Assembly: GCA_965263035.1 (NCBI GenBank)
Contig: OZ253580.1
Location: 4,640,001-4,704,000, forward strand
DNA from: Acidobacteriota bacterium
GTDB taxonomy: Bacteria > Acidobacteriota > UBA6911 > RPQK01 > JAJDTT01
DNA length: 64,000 nt
Reading direction: 5' to 3'
This document shows positions 10,698 through 19,880 of this stretch, piece after piece. Each line of letters starts with the position of its first letter. Within the stretch, counting starts at the first letter, position 1. The notes under the pieces are model-generated. The model made no database searches and had not been told where the DNA came from. It saw only the letters and a program-made list of their open reading frames with translations. The translations under genes were made by a program, and so were the position numbers.

Positions 10698-11696
10698 ATG
10701 CTCAAGTTCGGACTTTTCGGAGTCGGCAGGATCGGCCGGATGCGCGCAAGAATCCTCGCGGCAAACAACCGTGTGCAACTCGTGGGGATCTACGATGTCG
10801 ATACCGCCGCCGCCTCCTCCGCCGCAACTGAGACCGGGTCCGTTTCCGTCGATTCCGTCGATGCCCTGCTCGGTGATCCCACCCTCGATGCCGTTTGTAT
10901 CTCCTCCTCCACGAGTACCCACTGCGATCTGATCGAAGGCGCGGCGCGGGCCGGGAAGGCGGTGTTCTGCGAAAAACCGATCCACCTGGACATGGAGCGG
11001 GCGGACGCCTGCGGGGCAGTTCTCGCTGAGACCGGTGTGCCGTTTCAAATCGGATTCAACCGGCGCTTCGACCCCGGCCACAGCGCGGTGCACCGGGCTG
11101 CCCGCAACGGCGAGATCGGCAGCCTGGAGCAGGCCGTAATCAGCAGCCGGGATCCATTCCCGCCGCCCCTGAGATTTCTTCAGGGTTCCGGGGGGCTGTT
11201 CCGGGACATGATGGTCCACGACTTCGACATGGCCCGCTTCCTGTTCGGTGAAGAGCCCGTGGAGGTCATGGCCATGGGCAGCGTGCTGTTCGATGCGCGT
11301 GCCGGAGAACTCGGCGACGTGGACAGCGCCATGGTCGTCTTGCGGATGGCCTCGGGCGCTCTCTGCCACGTCAACTGCTCGCGCCATTGCTCCTTTGGCT
11401 ACGACCAGCGGATCGAGCTGTTCGGAGAACGCGGCATGCTGGTCTCCGCCAATCCGACCCGGACCAGCGTCGAACGCTACACGGAAGCTGGGACCGCCGC
11501 CCGCGACCGGCTGCACCCCTTTTTCATCGAGCGGTACCAGGAAGCGTTCACTCGGGAGATCGACGCCTTCGTGGATGCCGTGGAGCGAGGCGTCAAGCCG
11601 TCACCCGGCTTCGAGGACGGGAGGCGCGCCCTGCGAGTTGCCGACGCCGCGGAAGAATCAGCCAGCAGCGGCCGGGCCGTCCGAGTGAGCGCCTGA
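10698..11696 (+). CDS. iolG: Inositol 2-dehydrogenase (Gfo/Idh/MocA)
   Basis: GVGRIG, FCEKPI, GFNRRFDP, SRDP, SGGLFRDMMVHDFD, GYDQRIE. Confidence 0.85.
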   Translation: MLKFGLFGVGRIGRMRARILAANNRVQLVGIYDVDTAAASSAATETGSVSVDSVDALLGDPTLDAVCISSSTSTHCDLIEGAARAGKAVFCEKPIHLDMERADACGAVLAETGVPFQIGFNRRFDPGHSAVHRAARNGEIGSLEQAVISSRDPFPPPLRFLQGSGGLFRDMMVHDFDMARFLFGEEPVEVMAMGSVLFDARAGELGDVDSAMVVLRMASGALCHVNCSRHCSFGYDQRIELFGERGMLVSANPTRTSVERYTEAGTAARDRLHPFFIERYQEAFTREIDAFVDAVERGVKPSPGFEDGRRALRVADAAEESASSGRAVRVSA

Positions 11697-11977
11697 ATCC
11701 GCGCCGTCCGTCCCCCGGCTGGCGGCATCACCCACCACCAGCACCAGGACATGTCCGATCATCCCGATGGTCATGGGCATCCAGAGAAAGTTGTAGGCGC
11801 CCGGATCCAGCAATGGGATCTGGCTTTTGGGCATCTCCACCCGGGTCAGGGCCGCCCAGAGTGTGAACAGGACGCACGCGGCGAGGCCGGTGTAGGCCCC
11901 CTTGGACGTGGCCTTGGGAAAGAGCCATCCCAGGGCGAAGAGCCCCAGTTTTCCTCCCGAGACGACCAGCCCAGACC
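11530..11977. repeat. Left copy of a ~450-bp diverged direct repeat (iolG 3' end + remnant 3' end of the convergent SSS gene)
   Basis: Aligns with 15176-15624; minus-strand translation GKLGLFALGWLFPKATSKGAYTGLAACV matches the SSS C-terminus. Confidence 0.9.
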
Positions 11978-12022
11978 GAGCGCGAAAACGTGACTGTCCC
12001 CTTCTCTCTGTTCGTGGAATCC

Positions 12023-12085
12023 ATGACCCCGGCACGGAAATTCGAGGAAGCGATCCGTGCTCGTATCACGCGTGATCCGGTCCCG
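12023..12085 (+). pseudogene. N-terminal remnant of an addiction-module antidote
   Basis: MTPARKFEEAIRARITRDPV versus MPLTRDFKETIQARIESDPV at 8837. Confidence 0.5.
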
Positions 12086-12121
12086 GAAAAGGCGGCTGGA
12101 CCCGTCCGGCTCCGATTGGCG

Positions 12122-12334
12122 TCACTCGCTCCGGGTCACGACGGACCACAAGTAGAGAAGCATGCCCGCTCCGGCCAGACCGACTCCCAAGGTCAGGAAC
12201 AGGAACAGGGAAATCGGATGGTTCCAGAACAGGGTGCCCAACTCCACCACGATCCCGGCCGCGATCAGCAATCCAGCGAGTTGGAGGCGGCCAGCGAGTC
12301 CAGCCCGCAAACCCAGCGATCGAATCCGGCTCAT
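12122..12334 (-). CDS. Small two-helix membrane protein, third gene of the cytochrome operon
   Basis: ATGA overlap with the upstream stop; two hydrophobic helices. Confidence 0.7.
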   Translation of the reverse strand: MSRIRSLGLRAGLAGRLQLAGLLIAAGIVVELGTLFWNHPISLFLFLTLGVGLAGAGMLLYLWSVVTRSE

Positions 12335-12948
12335 GGCGTCGCCTCCGGGTCCCAGCGCCCGAACCGGTCCAGTTTCGTGACCTCGTGGATCAGGTTGTGA
12401 CACATCAGGCACGATTTCGTGCCGGCGATCAGCTCGGTCCGAAACGGTGCGTGAACCGTGTTTTCCTCGTAGGACCTGGCTCCTTCGTGGCATTCCAGAC
12501 AGGCCCGGTTCTCATACGGCTCATAGAGCTTCACCGGATCGGACGGGGAACCCATCACGCTGTGCCAGACGTGCCTCACGCCGCGGATCTTGTCGTCCAC
12601 GTCCCCGAACATGGTGTAACTCGTGTGACACGTGTAGCAGGCCTTGTCGGCGGGGATGAGTTTGTTCTGGTAGTGAGCGGCGGGAAGGAACCGCGGATGG
12701 TCGATGTAAAGGCTCTCTCCGTAGGGTTGAATGACGTGACAGGAGAGACAGAAGCTGGTCGTCTTGGCCTGTTCGTAGTGTCGGCCGGCTCCGCCCACAA
12801 GCAAGAGCCCCGGTAGAGCCAAGAGTGCAAGAAACGCGAGAATCTTGCCCCTGACTCCGTTTGTCCACTCGGGCCGGCGGACGAGCACCGCGATCACCGC
12901 GAGGGTTGCGGTCCCCAGGACGCTCAGGATGACGACTTCACCCGTCAC
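12331..12948 (-). CDS. NapC/NirT/NrfH-family membrane tetraheme cytochrome c
   Basis: N-terminal TM helices; CLSCH, CYTCH, CLECH, CLMCH. Confidence 0.85.
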   Translation of the reverse strand: MTGEVVILSVLGTATLAVIAVLVRRPEWTNGVRGKILAFLALLALPGLLLVGGAGRHYEQAKTTSFCLSCHVIQPYGESLYIDHPRFLPAAHYQNKLIPADKACYTCHTSYTMFGDVDDKIRGVRHVWHSVMGSPSDPVKLYEPYENRACLECHEGARSYEENTVHAPFRTELIAGTKSCLMCHNLIHEVTKLDRFGRWDPEATP

Positions 12949-14324
12949 TCAGCGGAACTCCGCACCGGCGGCTGGTGCTTGCCACGCAATTCCTGCGCCA
13001 GGGTCCTGATCTCGGTCAAGTCCTGCAGCATCTCGCTCCAACCGTACCAGAGCGCGTAGTCCGGATTGTTGTGGAACGCGCCCTGAAACGCCCGCATCCG
13101 GTGTTCCAGGTGCATCTTGAAGAGGCGCTGTTCGATCGTCGAGGGAGCGTCGTGGAAAGCCAGCAAATCCGGGAAGTTGTAGGCATAGTGGTCCGGCTTG
13201 CGCAAGATGCCGTCGCGGTAGAGGGAAGCGATGATGCGAATCGCCTCGGCCAGCAGCCGGTCGGTCTCCCGAATCATCTCATCGCCCTTTTTCAGCTCCG
13301 CTTTCACCAGGTTTGACGAGTGGCACTGCTCGCAGATTCGGATCATGCGGTCGCGCTCGTGTTGCCAGTCCTCTTGGGTCAGCCGGGCGACATCGGCTTG
13401 CTTGACCACCTCCAACCGGGGCGTCGGTTTGCCCTCCGGGTCCAAGACGCCGAGGGCCTGGAGAATCGTGGCTCGATCGGCCGCCCACTCCTGATCCTCC
13501 GGCATGGGTAGCCGCACGGCCAGGAAGCCCCACGCCGTCCGCACCCCATGGTCCCCCTTGGGCATGTGGCAGGTCTGGCACGTGGGTGCCGCCGCCTGTT
13601 CCGGCAGGATCCCCGTCTGCTTGAGCAGATGCCGGACGCCGTGCTTGGACGAGGAGTACATCTCCCACTGAGGATGGTCGATTCCCATGTGACAGGTCCG
13701 GCAGGCTTGGGGTTCACGAGCCTCCTTGACGGAAAAGAGGTGACGCGTGTGGCAAGTGTCACATGACGCCAAGCCGAACATGACGCCGTCGGCCTTCAAC
13801 TGCTGGATCTCTTCCTCGCTCTTGAGCCCGACTCGATGGCAGCCGCCGCAGCCCTTCATGCCTTCGGTCAGGGCCATGGGGAGCCAATGCGTCGTGGGCA
13901 TGGCGTTCATGCTGACCCAGGCCAGGGCGTGCTTGCCCCCTTGGAACTGCTCCGTCTGAATCGGATGGCAGGTGGCGCAGACATCGGGGGTCGCGGTCTT
14001 CACCAGCGCCACGTCCTCCGCCGTACGATGCTCGTCGCCATGGCAGAGGGAACAGTCCACTCCCTCGGCATGGTGACGGCTCAACTCCCAGTCCGTGACG
14101 ATGCCGGGAGTGACGTCGCGGTGGCACTCGACGCAGTCCGAGGAGACCTGTTTAGAAGTCTCGCCGCCGCATGAGACCAAGGCCAGAACGGCCAACGGTA
14201 GGAAAAAGCGGATGCGGTGCAGCCCTCCGGTCCCGGTCCGGTTGCGGAGCGGCCGCCGTCGGAAGTCGAACAGCTCGCGAACGCAGAGTCCTGACACTCG
14301 CTTCCCTTCAGTAGATATTATCAC
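12945..14324 (-). CDS. Octaheme hydroxylamine-oxidoreductase-like cytochrome c (lipoprotein); start uncertain
   Basis: Eight CxxCH (CVECH, CSLCH, CATCH, CGGCH, CDTCH, CRTCH, CQTCH, CEQCH); CHTRHLFS, CHMGIDHPQWE, SKHG, FHNNPDY; lipobox LVSC. Confidence 0.88.
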   Translation of the reverse strand: MIISTEGKRVSGLCVRELFDFRRRPLRNRTGTGGLHRIRFFLPLAVLALVSCGGETSKQVSSDCVECHRDVTPGIVTDWELSRHHAEGVDCSLCHGDEHRTAEDVALVKTATPDVCATCHPIQTEQFQGGKHALAWVSMNAMPTTHWLPMALTEGMKGCGGCHRVGLKSEEEIQQLKADGVMFGLASCDTCHTRHLFSVKEAREPQACRTCHMGIDHPQWEMYSSSKHGVRHLLKQTGILPEQAAAPTCQTCHMPKGDHGVRTAWGFLAVRLPMPEDQEWAADRATILQALGVLDPEGKPTPRLEVVKQADVARLTQEDWQHERDRMIRICEQCHSSNLVKAELKKGDEMIRETDRLLAEAIRIIASLYRDGILRKPDHYAYNFPDLLAFHDAPSTIEQRLFKMHLEHRMRAFQGAFHNNPDYALWYGWSEMLQDLTEIRTLAQELRGKHQPPVRSSAE

Positions 14325-14440
14325 TCATTTCTCGCCTTCGGGCCGCCCGGCACAGTCCGTTTTGGACCGAAGAGGCCCCCCACAAAGGGCGCCCCTACCA
14401 AGAATTCTCCTCCTCTTGAGCCGGATCCGCCAAAGTGGTA

Positions 14441-14455
14441 TATGACTCAGTCATA
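14441..14455. promoter_or_regulatory. Palindromic operator upstream of the parDE-like operon
   Basis: TATGACT-C-AGTCATA immediately before RBS aaggagg; possible -35 TTGAGC at 14416. Confidence 0.55.
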
Positions 14456-14469
14456 CCAAGGAGGTGCGG

Positions 14470-14739
14470 ATGACCGTCAAAACGACCCTCAGCTTTACGG
14501 ATCGCCACCATCGGTACCTTTCGGAGAAGGTGGGCCAAGGCGTGTTTGCTACTCGGAGCGCTGCGGTGGCGGCGGCCATCGAACAGATGATGCAGGACGA
14601 GACCGAGCGAAACGTAGCGCTTTCGGCTCTGGCCGAAGAAATCCGCATGCGTATGCAGACACCGCGTTCCGAGTTCGTGGACCAGGATCACGTTTTCTCA
14701 ACCGCTCGCGCCACTATTGGGACTGATCCGAAGACGTGA
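14470..14739 (+). CDS. ParD-like (RHH) antitoxin
   Basis: MTVKTTLSFTDRHHRYLSEKVGQGVFATRSAAVAAAIE; strong RBS; overlaps the toxin start. Confidence 0.75.
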   Translation: MTVKTTLSFTDRHHRYLSEKVGQGVFATRSAAVAAAIEQMMQDETERNVALSALAEEIRMRMQTPRSEFVDQDHVFSTARATIGTDPKT

Positions 14740-15059
14740 CGTATCGCATCCGTTTCCATCCGCTGGTGGCACGTGATCTTCGAGTCATCGTCCAATGGGT
14801 CCTCGATTACGCGGGGCCGGTGGCGGCTGATCGGACGCTGACCGGGATTGAACGGACCATCACGGGATTGGCACAAACCCCTCACATGGGATCCATCCGT
14901 AACGAAATAGCATCCGGTTTGCGGGCGATCCCTGCCGGGAGAAAAGCCGTCGTAGCCTTTACGGTCGACGACAAAGCCTGCGAGGTGCTCATTCATGCGG
15001 TCACCTATGCTGGAGCAGACTGGGTCGCGCGTATACCGCAAAGGCAGGACGAGAAGTGA
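14736..15059 (+). CDS. ParE/RelE-family toxin
   Basis: YRIRFHPLVARDL...LAQTPHMGSIRNEIASGLRAIP...VLIHAVTYAG. Confidence 0.8.
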   Translation: MTYRIRFHPLVARDLRVIVQWVLDYAGPVAADRTLTGIERTITGLAQTPHMGSIRNEIASGLRAIPAGRKAVVAFTVDDKACEVLIHAVTYAGADWVARIPQRQDEK

Positions 15060-15175
15060 GGAGTGAGGAAAGCTTCGGGAATCCTCTCGACCCCTGACCA
15101 GTTCCGGAAAGACGCCCCCCCAAGTCGACGAAGAACGAGCGAGAACGTGACTGTCCCCTTTTGGCGTCCCCTTTT

Positions 15176-15624
15176 AGCGGTACCAGGAATCGTTCATGGA
15201 GGAGATCGACGGCTTCGTGGATGCCGTCGAGCGAGGCGTCAAGCTGTCTTCCGGCTTCGATGACGGGAGGCGCGCCCTGCAAGTTGCCGTCGCCGCGGAA
15301 GAATCAGCGAGGAGCGGCCGGACCGTCCGAGTGAGCGCCTGAACCCGCGCCGTCCTTCCCCCGGCTGGCGGCATAACCTACCCCTAGCACCAGGATGTGT
15401 CCGATCATGCCGATGGTCATGGGCATCCAGGGAAAGTTGTAGGCGCCGAGATCCAGCAACGGGCTCTGGCTGTTGGGCATCTCCACCCGGGTCAGGGCCG
15501 CCCAGAGTGTGAACATCACGCAGGCGGCAAGGCCGGTGTAGGCTCCCTTGGACGTGGCCTTGGGGAAGAGCCATCCCAGGGCGAACAAGCCCAGTTTTCC
15601 CCCCGAGACGACCAGAGCCAGACC
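15176..15624. repeat. Right copy of the ~450-bp repeat (iolG 3' remnant + functional SSS 3' end)
   Basis: agcggtaccagga...gtgagcgcctga matches the iolG end; continues into the SSS gene. Confidence 0.9.
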
Positions 15625-16821
15625 CAGTGAGTACTTCACCAGAGACTCGATGCCGATCCACTGTTGCGCCAGGAAAATGGACAGCAGCCCGCCGACCACG
15701 ACCCCGGCCCGGCCCACCATGAGCTGGCGTCGCTGGGCGGCTCCAGGTCTCATCCGGCGATAGAAATTCTGCAGCACCACTGCCGCCACGCTGTTGAGGT
15801 CCGAGTCCATGCTGGACATGGCCGCCGCCAGCAGCCCCGCCAGGAGCAGTCCCAGAAGCCCCGGCGGCAACTCGGTCAGGATGAAGTGGGGAATGATGTT
15901 GTCCTTCACCTGTCCGACCTCCGGGGGAAGCGCCGAGGGGTCGGCCTGGTAGAAGGCCCAGAGCAGCCCCCCCAGGAACATGAACAGGAGCCAGATCGGG
16001 ACGCAGGAGAGGATGCCCAGCATGGCGCTGCGGCGGGCCTCCCGGTCGCTCCGCGCCAGCAGGTACCTCTGCACCATGTTCTGGTCGGTCCCGAAAGACT
16101 GCAGGAAGTGGAAGATCCCTCCCACGAACAGGAGCCAGAAATTGTCCTCGATCAGGCTGGGTTCCCAGCTTCCCAGGGTGAACTTGCCTCCCTCCCAGGC
16201 GGTGGTGAGGAGCTGGCCGGCGTCCCCGCGGCCCAGGATCAGGGCCGCGCAGAGCAGGCCTCCGCCCACCAGCAGGATTCCCTGCAGGAAATCGGTCCAG
16301 ACGACCCCCCGGATGCCACCCGCCAGGGTATAGGCCACGGTCAGGAGGCCCACCACCAGGATCACCCACCACACGTCCCATCCGGTGACGAAGGCCAGGG
16401 CCAGCCCCAGGAAATAGACGGTCAGGCTCATGTCCAGGATCCGGCTCACGATGAAGGAGGCCGAAGCATAGGCCTGAGCGGGATAACCGAATCGAGTTCC
16501 CAGGTACTCGTAAGGGCTCATTCGAAGCGTGCGGCGGTAAAAGACCACGAACCGCCCCACCGTCAGAAGGACCACCACCGGCAGGGCCAGGTGGTAGGCG
16601 AAGGCCCACATGTCGCTGAAGAAGACGTTGCCGGGATGGCCCACGAAGGTGGCGCTGCTCACCACCGTCCCCATGATGGAGAACCCCACGACCCAACCGG
16701 GCAGGTTGCGCCCGGCCAGGAAGTAGTCTTCCGCCGATTTCTGGCGCCGGGAGAAGTGGAAGGCCAAGCCGCCGATAAATGCCAGATAGACGACCAGGAC
16801 CGCGATGTCGAGTGGGCTCAT
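15304..16821 (-). CDS. Sodium:solute symporter (SSS) family transporter
   Basis: DYFLAGRNLP, SSATFVG, GGIRGVVWTD, DQNMVQRYL, AAMSSMDS. Confidence 0.92.
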   Translation of the reverse strand: MSPLDIAVLVVYLAFIGGLAFHFSRRQKSAEDYFLAGRNLPGWVVGFSIMGTVVSSATFVGHPGNVFFSDMWAFAYHLALPVVVLLTVGRFVVFYRRTLRMSPYEYLGTRFGYPAQAYASASFIVSRILDMSLTVYFLGLALAFVTGWDVWWVILVVGLLTVAYTLAGGIRGVVWTDFLQGILLVGGGLLCAALILGRGDAGQLLTTAWEGGKFTLGSWEPSLIEDNFWLLFVGGIFHFLQSFGTDQNMVQRYLLARSDREARRSAMLGILSCVPIWLLFMFLGGLLWAFYQADPSALPPEVGQVKDNIIPHFILTELPPGLLGLLLAGLLAAAMSSMDSDLNSVAAVVLQNFYRRMRPGAAQRRQLMVGRAGVVVGGLLSIFLAQQWIGIESLVKYSLGLALVVSGGKLGLFALGWLFPKATSKGAYTGLAACVMFTLWAALTRVEMPNSQSPLLDLGAYNFPWMPMTIGMIGHILVLGVGYAASRGKDGAGSGAHSDGPAAPR

Positions 16822-16827
16822 GACGAC

Positions 16828-17676
16828 TCAGGCCGTTTGGGAGACCAGCGTGATCTCGGTGACTTCCGGTGGACAGTTCAGGCGGAGCGGCGCCGTCACG
16901 CCGATGCCCACGTTGGTGTAGAGCCACCCCTGGCCGACGCGGTACAGGCCCTGGTCGTACTTGCGCCCGTACAGGGGCAGGAAGGGGGAGCCGATGAAGG
17001 GGAAACGGACCTGACCTCCGTGGCTGTGGCCCGAAAGCTGGAGCAGGACCCGGCCATCGGCCAGGAAGTCGTCGGCAAAGTCCGGTTCGTGCATCAGGAG
17101 CAGGGTCGGATCCTCGCCGTTGCGATTCGCCAGCGATTTCTCGAGGTCGTGGCGCCGGACCCAGCCGTCATCTACGCCGGCCAGATAGAGCGGTTGGCGG
17201 CCGACCGACAGGGTCAATCCTTCGTTCATGAAGACGTGAATGCCGGAGCGAGTCAGTCCGTCGATCACCGCATCCGAGTTCTTCCAATGGTCGTGGTTGC
17301 CCAGCACGGCGAAGACGCCGTATTTTGCGTCGAGGCGGCCCAGGGCCGGCGCCAGCTCGTAGATGGATTCGGCCGTGGAGAGCACGTAGTCGCCGCCCAG
17401 CAGGGCCAGGTCGGGCCGGCACTCGTTGGCCAATTCCACGGCGGCGTCGATGAGTTCGATCTGCGTGTGGGGGTAAAGATGAAAGTCGCTCAGCAGGACG
17501 ATCCGCAGGCCGTCCAAGGATCCAGGCAAGCTTGGGATGGGCACTTGGACCCGCTCCAAACGCAGCCGCTTCGTCTCGACTCTCGTCGCGTAGAGCCAGG
17601 TTCCGCTCAGTCCGGCCCCTCCGGAACCCAAACCGACGCCCACGGCCTTCAGGACTTTCCTGCGGGTGAGCTTCAT
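16828..17676 (-). CDS. Tat-exported metallophosphoesterase (YkuE-like)
   Basis: TRRKVL twin-arginine signal; SDFH, GGDY, GNHD, HEPD, SGHSHGGQ. The upstream ORF extension is translated REP sequence. Confidence 0.88.
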   Translation of the reverse strand: MKLTRRKVLKAVGVGLGSGGAGLSGTWLYATRVETKRLRLERVQVPIPSLPGSLDGLRIVLLSDFHLYPHTQIELIDAAVELANECRPDLALLGGDYVLSTAESIYELAPALGRLDAKYGVFAVLGNHDHWKNSDAVIDGLTRSGIHVFMNEGLTLSVGRQPLYLAGVDDGWVRRHDLEKSLANRNGEDPTLLLMHEPDFADDFLADGRVLLQLSGHSHGGQVRFPFIGSPFLPLYGRKYDQGLYRVGQGWLYTNVGIGVTAPLRLNCPPEVTEITLVSQTA

Positions 17677-17740
17677 GAGATCCGGAATGAGACCAAGAGA
17701 CTTGTTCGGTCCGAAACGGCCCCAATCATAGCACCCGTCA

Positions 17741-17941
17741 GGAGCGGCGGCTTTCTTGCCGCCGAAGGGGAGCGGCGATTTCCAATCGCCGACCAGGAGC
17801 GGCGGTTTCCAACCGCCGAACGGGAACGGCGGTTTCCAACCGCCGAACTCCCAAGGAAACAACGGAGAGCGACTTTATGGGTGAATCGAAGAGGGGGCGA
17901 CTGGAAATCGCCCCTCCGGGGACAAGAATGTCGCCCCTCCT
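17741..17941. repeat. REP cluster (four tandem + two inverted hairpins)
   Basis: ggagcggcggctttcttgccgccga, ggagcggcgatttccaatcgccga, ggagcggcggtttccaaccgccga and variants. Confidence 0.88.
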
Positions 17942-18010
17942 GCCGGGGTTGCCAACGGGTTTACGCCGACGTACCCTCGCCCGGAGTCGAGGCATCCAAG
18001 CGGGAACCGG

Positions 18011-19867
18011 TTGCCCGTTGTGCAGTCCGCCTCGGCCGGTTTCCGCTACGAGGAGAGTCCGATTCAACCCCTTCTGACCTTGGCCACAACCCCCGTGCGT
18101 GTCGACCGCTACGACGGTTTGCAGACCGTCGACTACGTGGTGGTCGCCGTCTACTTCGCGTGCGTCCTGCTCTTGGGCTACTACTTCAGCAAGCGGCAGA
18201 AATCGGCGGACGAGTACTTCCTGGCCAGCCGCAAGATGCCCTGGTTCGTGGTGGGGCTGAGCATGTACGCCTCGCTGCTCTCCACCATCGCCTATCTCTC
18301 GGAGCCGGGAGAGTTCATCAAGAACGGCATCGGTGTCTGGGGCCGGCAGATGCACGTCCCCTTCAGCGTGACGGTGGCCATCCTGGTGCTCGTCCCCTTC
18401 TTCATGCGCAAGCGGCTGACCAGCGCCTACGAGTACCTGGAGGAGAAGTACGGTCTCGGCGCGAGAATGTTCGGATCGACCCTGTTCCTGCTGATCCGGC
18501 TCTCCATGATGGGGATGATCGTCTACACCGCCGCCATCGCCATGTCCAAGATGGCCGACCTGCCCTTCACCTGGGTGGTGCTCGGCGTCGGGGTGATCGC
18601 CGTGGTCTACACCGTGTTGGGCGGGATGCGGGCCGTCATGTGGACCGATCTGGTCCAGTTCATCATCCTCTTCGGGGGCCTCCTCTTCACCATCGGCTAC
18701 GTCTTCTACGACACCGGGACGGGCCCCATCACCTGGCTCCAGGACATCCTGGCGGCGGACCACGAGCCGCAGCCCTTCTTTCGCCTGGACCCGTACGTCC
18801 GGGTCAGCGTGCTGGGGATGGCCATCTACGCCTTCATCTGGTGGGTCTCCACCTGCGGCTCGGATCAGCTCATGGTGCAGCGGTACCTGGCCACCGGATC
18901 GCTCCGTGCGGCCCGCCGTTCCATATTGGCCAACCAGGCCGCGGACGTGAGCGTCGGCATCCTCCTGGGCCTGGGCGGAATCGCCCTCTACTCCTACTAC
19001 AAGGCCCAGCTTCCGGGAGCGCCCGACGAGGTCTTTCCCCATTTCATCGCTCACACCCTGCCCCGAGGCCTGGCCGGCCTGGTGGTGGCCGCCCTCTTCT
19101 CCACCGCCATGGCCGCGCTGGATTCCAGCATGCACGGAGTCGCCACCGTCCTGACCGTCGACTTCGTGGGACGCTTCCGCAAGAAACCGCTCTCCCAGAG
19201 CGCCCTGCTCAGGCTGGCCCGGCTGTTCACCTTGGGAGCCGGCATCTACGCCGTCCTCTTCTGCCTCTTCCTGAACACCATCCCGGAGGGTTCCCGGGGC
19301 AACATCTTCGATCTCACGACCCGGATCATCGCCTACGTCATCGGAACCTTGGGGGGCATGTTCGTGGCCGCGTTTCTGCGATTTCGGGCCAGCGGCACCG
19401 CCATGGTGCTAGGGGCCTTTCTGGGGCTCTCGGCCGGGTTTTACCTGTCGCTGGGACACTGGTTCCAGGATCACCCCGACATCTTTCTCTACGTCCTGGA
19501 GGAGGGGCGGGAACCGACGCGGTGGGAGCCTCTGCCGGACACGTCCAACGCCATCGGCTCCAAACCCGAAGGCAACCGCTTCGTCCTGAACGGAGATGGG
19601 GTGGCGCCCCGGCACGCGGATGTGGAGAAAACGCCCGAGGGCTGGTCGATTCGGAGTCTGACCGGGGATGCGGAGGTCAGGGTCAACGACCGTCCCGGTT
19701 CACCCGCCGTCATCGGCCCCGACGACATGGTGACCCTGGGATCGCGCCGTCTGCTGGTCCGGCTCAAGGCCGTTTCCTGGATGTGGCCGCTGCCGGTGGC
19801 CTTCATGGTCACGCTGCTGTCGACTCTCGTTCTGGGTTGGCTGCCTCTATTCAAACGAAGGGGCTGA
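18011..19867 (+). CDS. SSS transporter with an FHA-like domain inserted before the last TM helix (start may be GTG 18095)
   Basis: SSS motifs EYFLASRKMP, GGMRAVMWTD, DQLMVQRYL; insert AIGS...VAPRHADV...WSIRSL...VRVND...IGPDDMVTLG. Confidence 0.85.
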   Translation: MPVVQSASAGFRYEESPIQPLLTLATTPVRVDRYDGLQTVDYVVVAVYFACVLLLGYYFSKRQKSADEYFLASRKMPWFVVGLSMYASLLSTIAYLSEPGEFIKNGIGVWGRQMHVPFSVTVAILVLVPFFMRKRLTSAYEYLEEKYGLGARMFGSTLFLLIRLSMMGMIVYTAAIAMSKMADLPFTWVVLGVGVIAVVYTVLGGMRAVMWTDLVQFIILFGGLLFTIGYVFYDTGTGPITWLQDILAADHEPQPFFRLDPYVRVSVLGMAIYAFIWWVSTCGSDQLMVQRYLATGSLRAARRSILANQAADVSVGILLGLGGIALYSYYKAQLPGAPDEVFPHFIAHTLPRGLAGLVVAALFSTAMAALDSSMHGVATVLTVDFVGRFRKKPLSQSALLRLARLFTLGAGIYAVLFCLFLNTIPEGSRGNIFDLTTRIIAYVIGTLGGMFVAAFLRFRASGTAMVLGAFLGLSAGFYLSLGHWFQDHPDIFLYVLEEGREPTRWEPLPDTSNAIGSKPEGNRFVLNGDGVAPRHADVEKTPEGWSIRSLTGDAEVRVNDRPGSPAVIGPDDMVTLGSRRLLVRLKAVSWMWPLPVAFMVTLLSTLVLGWLPLFKRRG

Positions 19868-19880
19868 ACTGGTATTTTTC

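Noticed and set aside
17741-17850. Tandem ~26-bp repeats resembling a CRISPR array (also 23576-23690)
   Set aside because: No unique spacers of 25-45 bp and no cas genes; the units are the dispersed REP hairpin.
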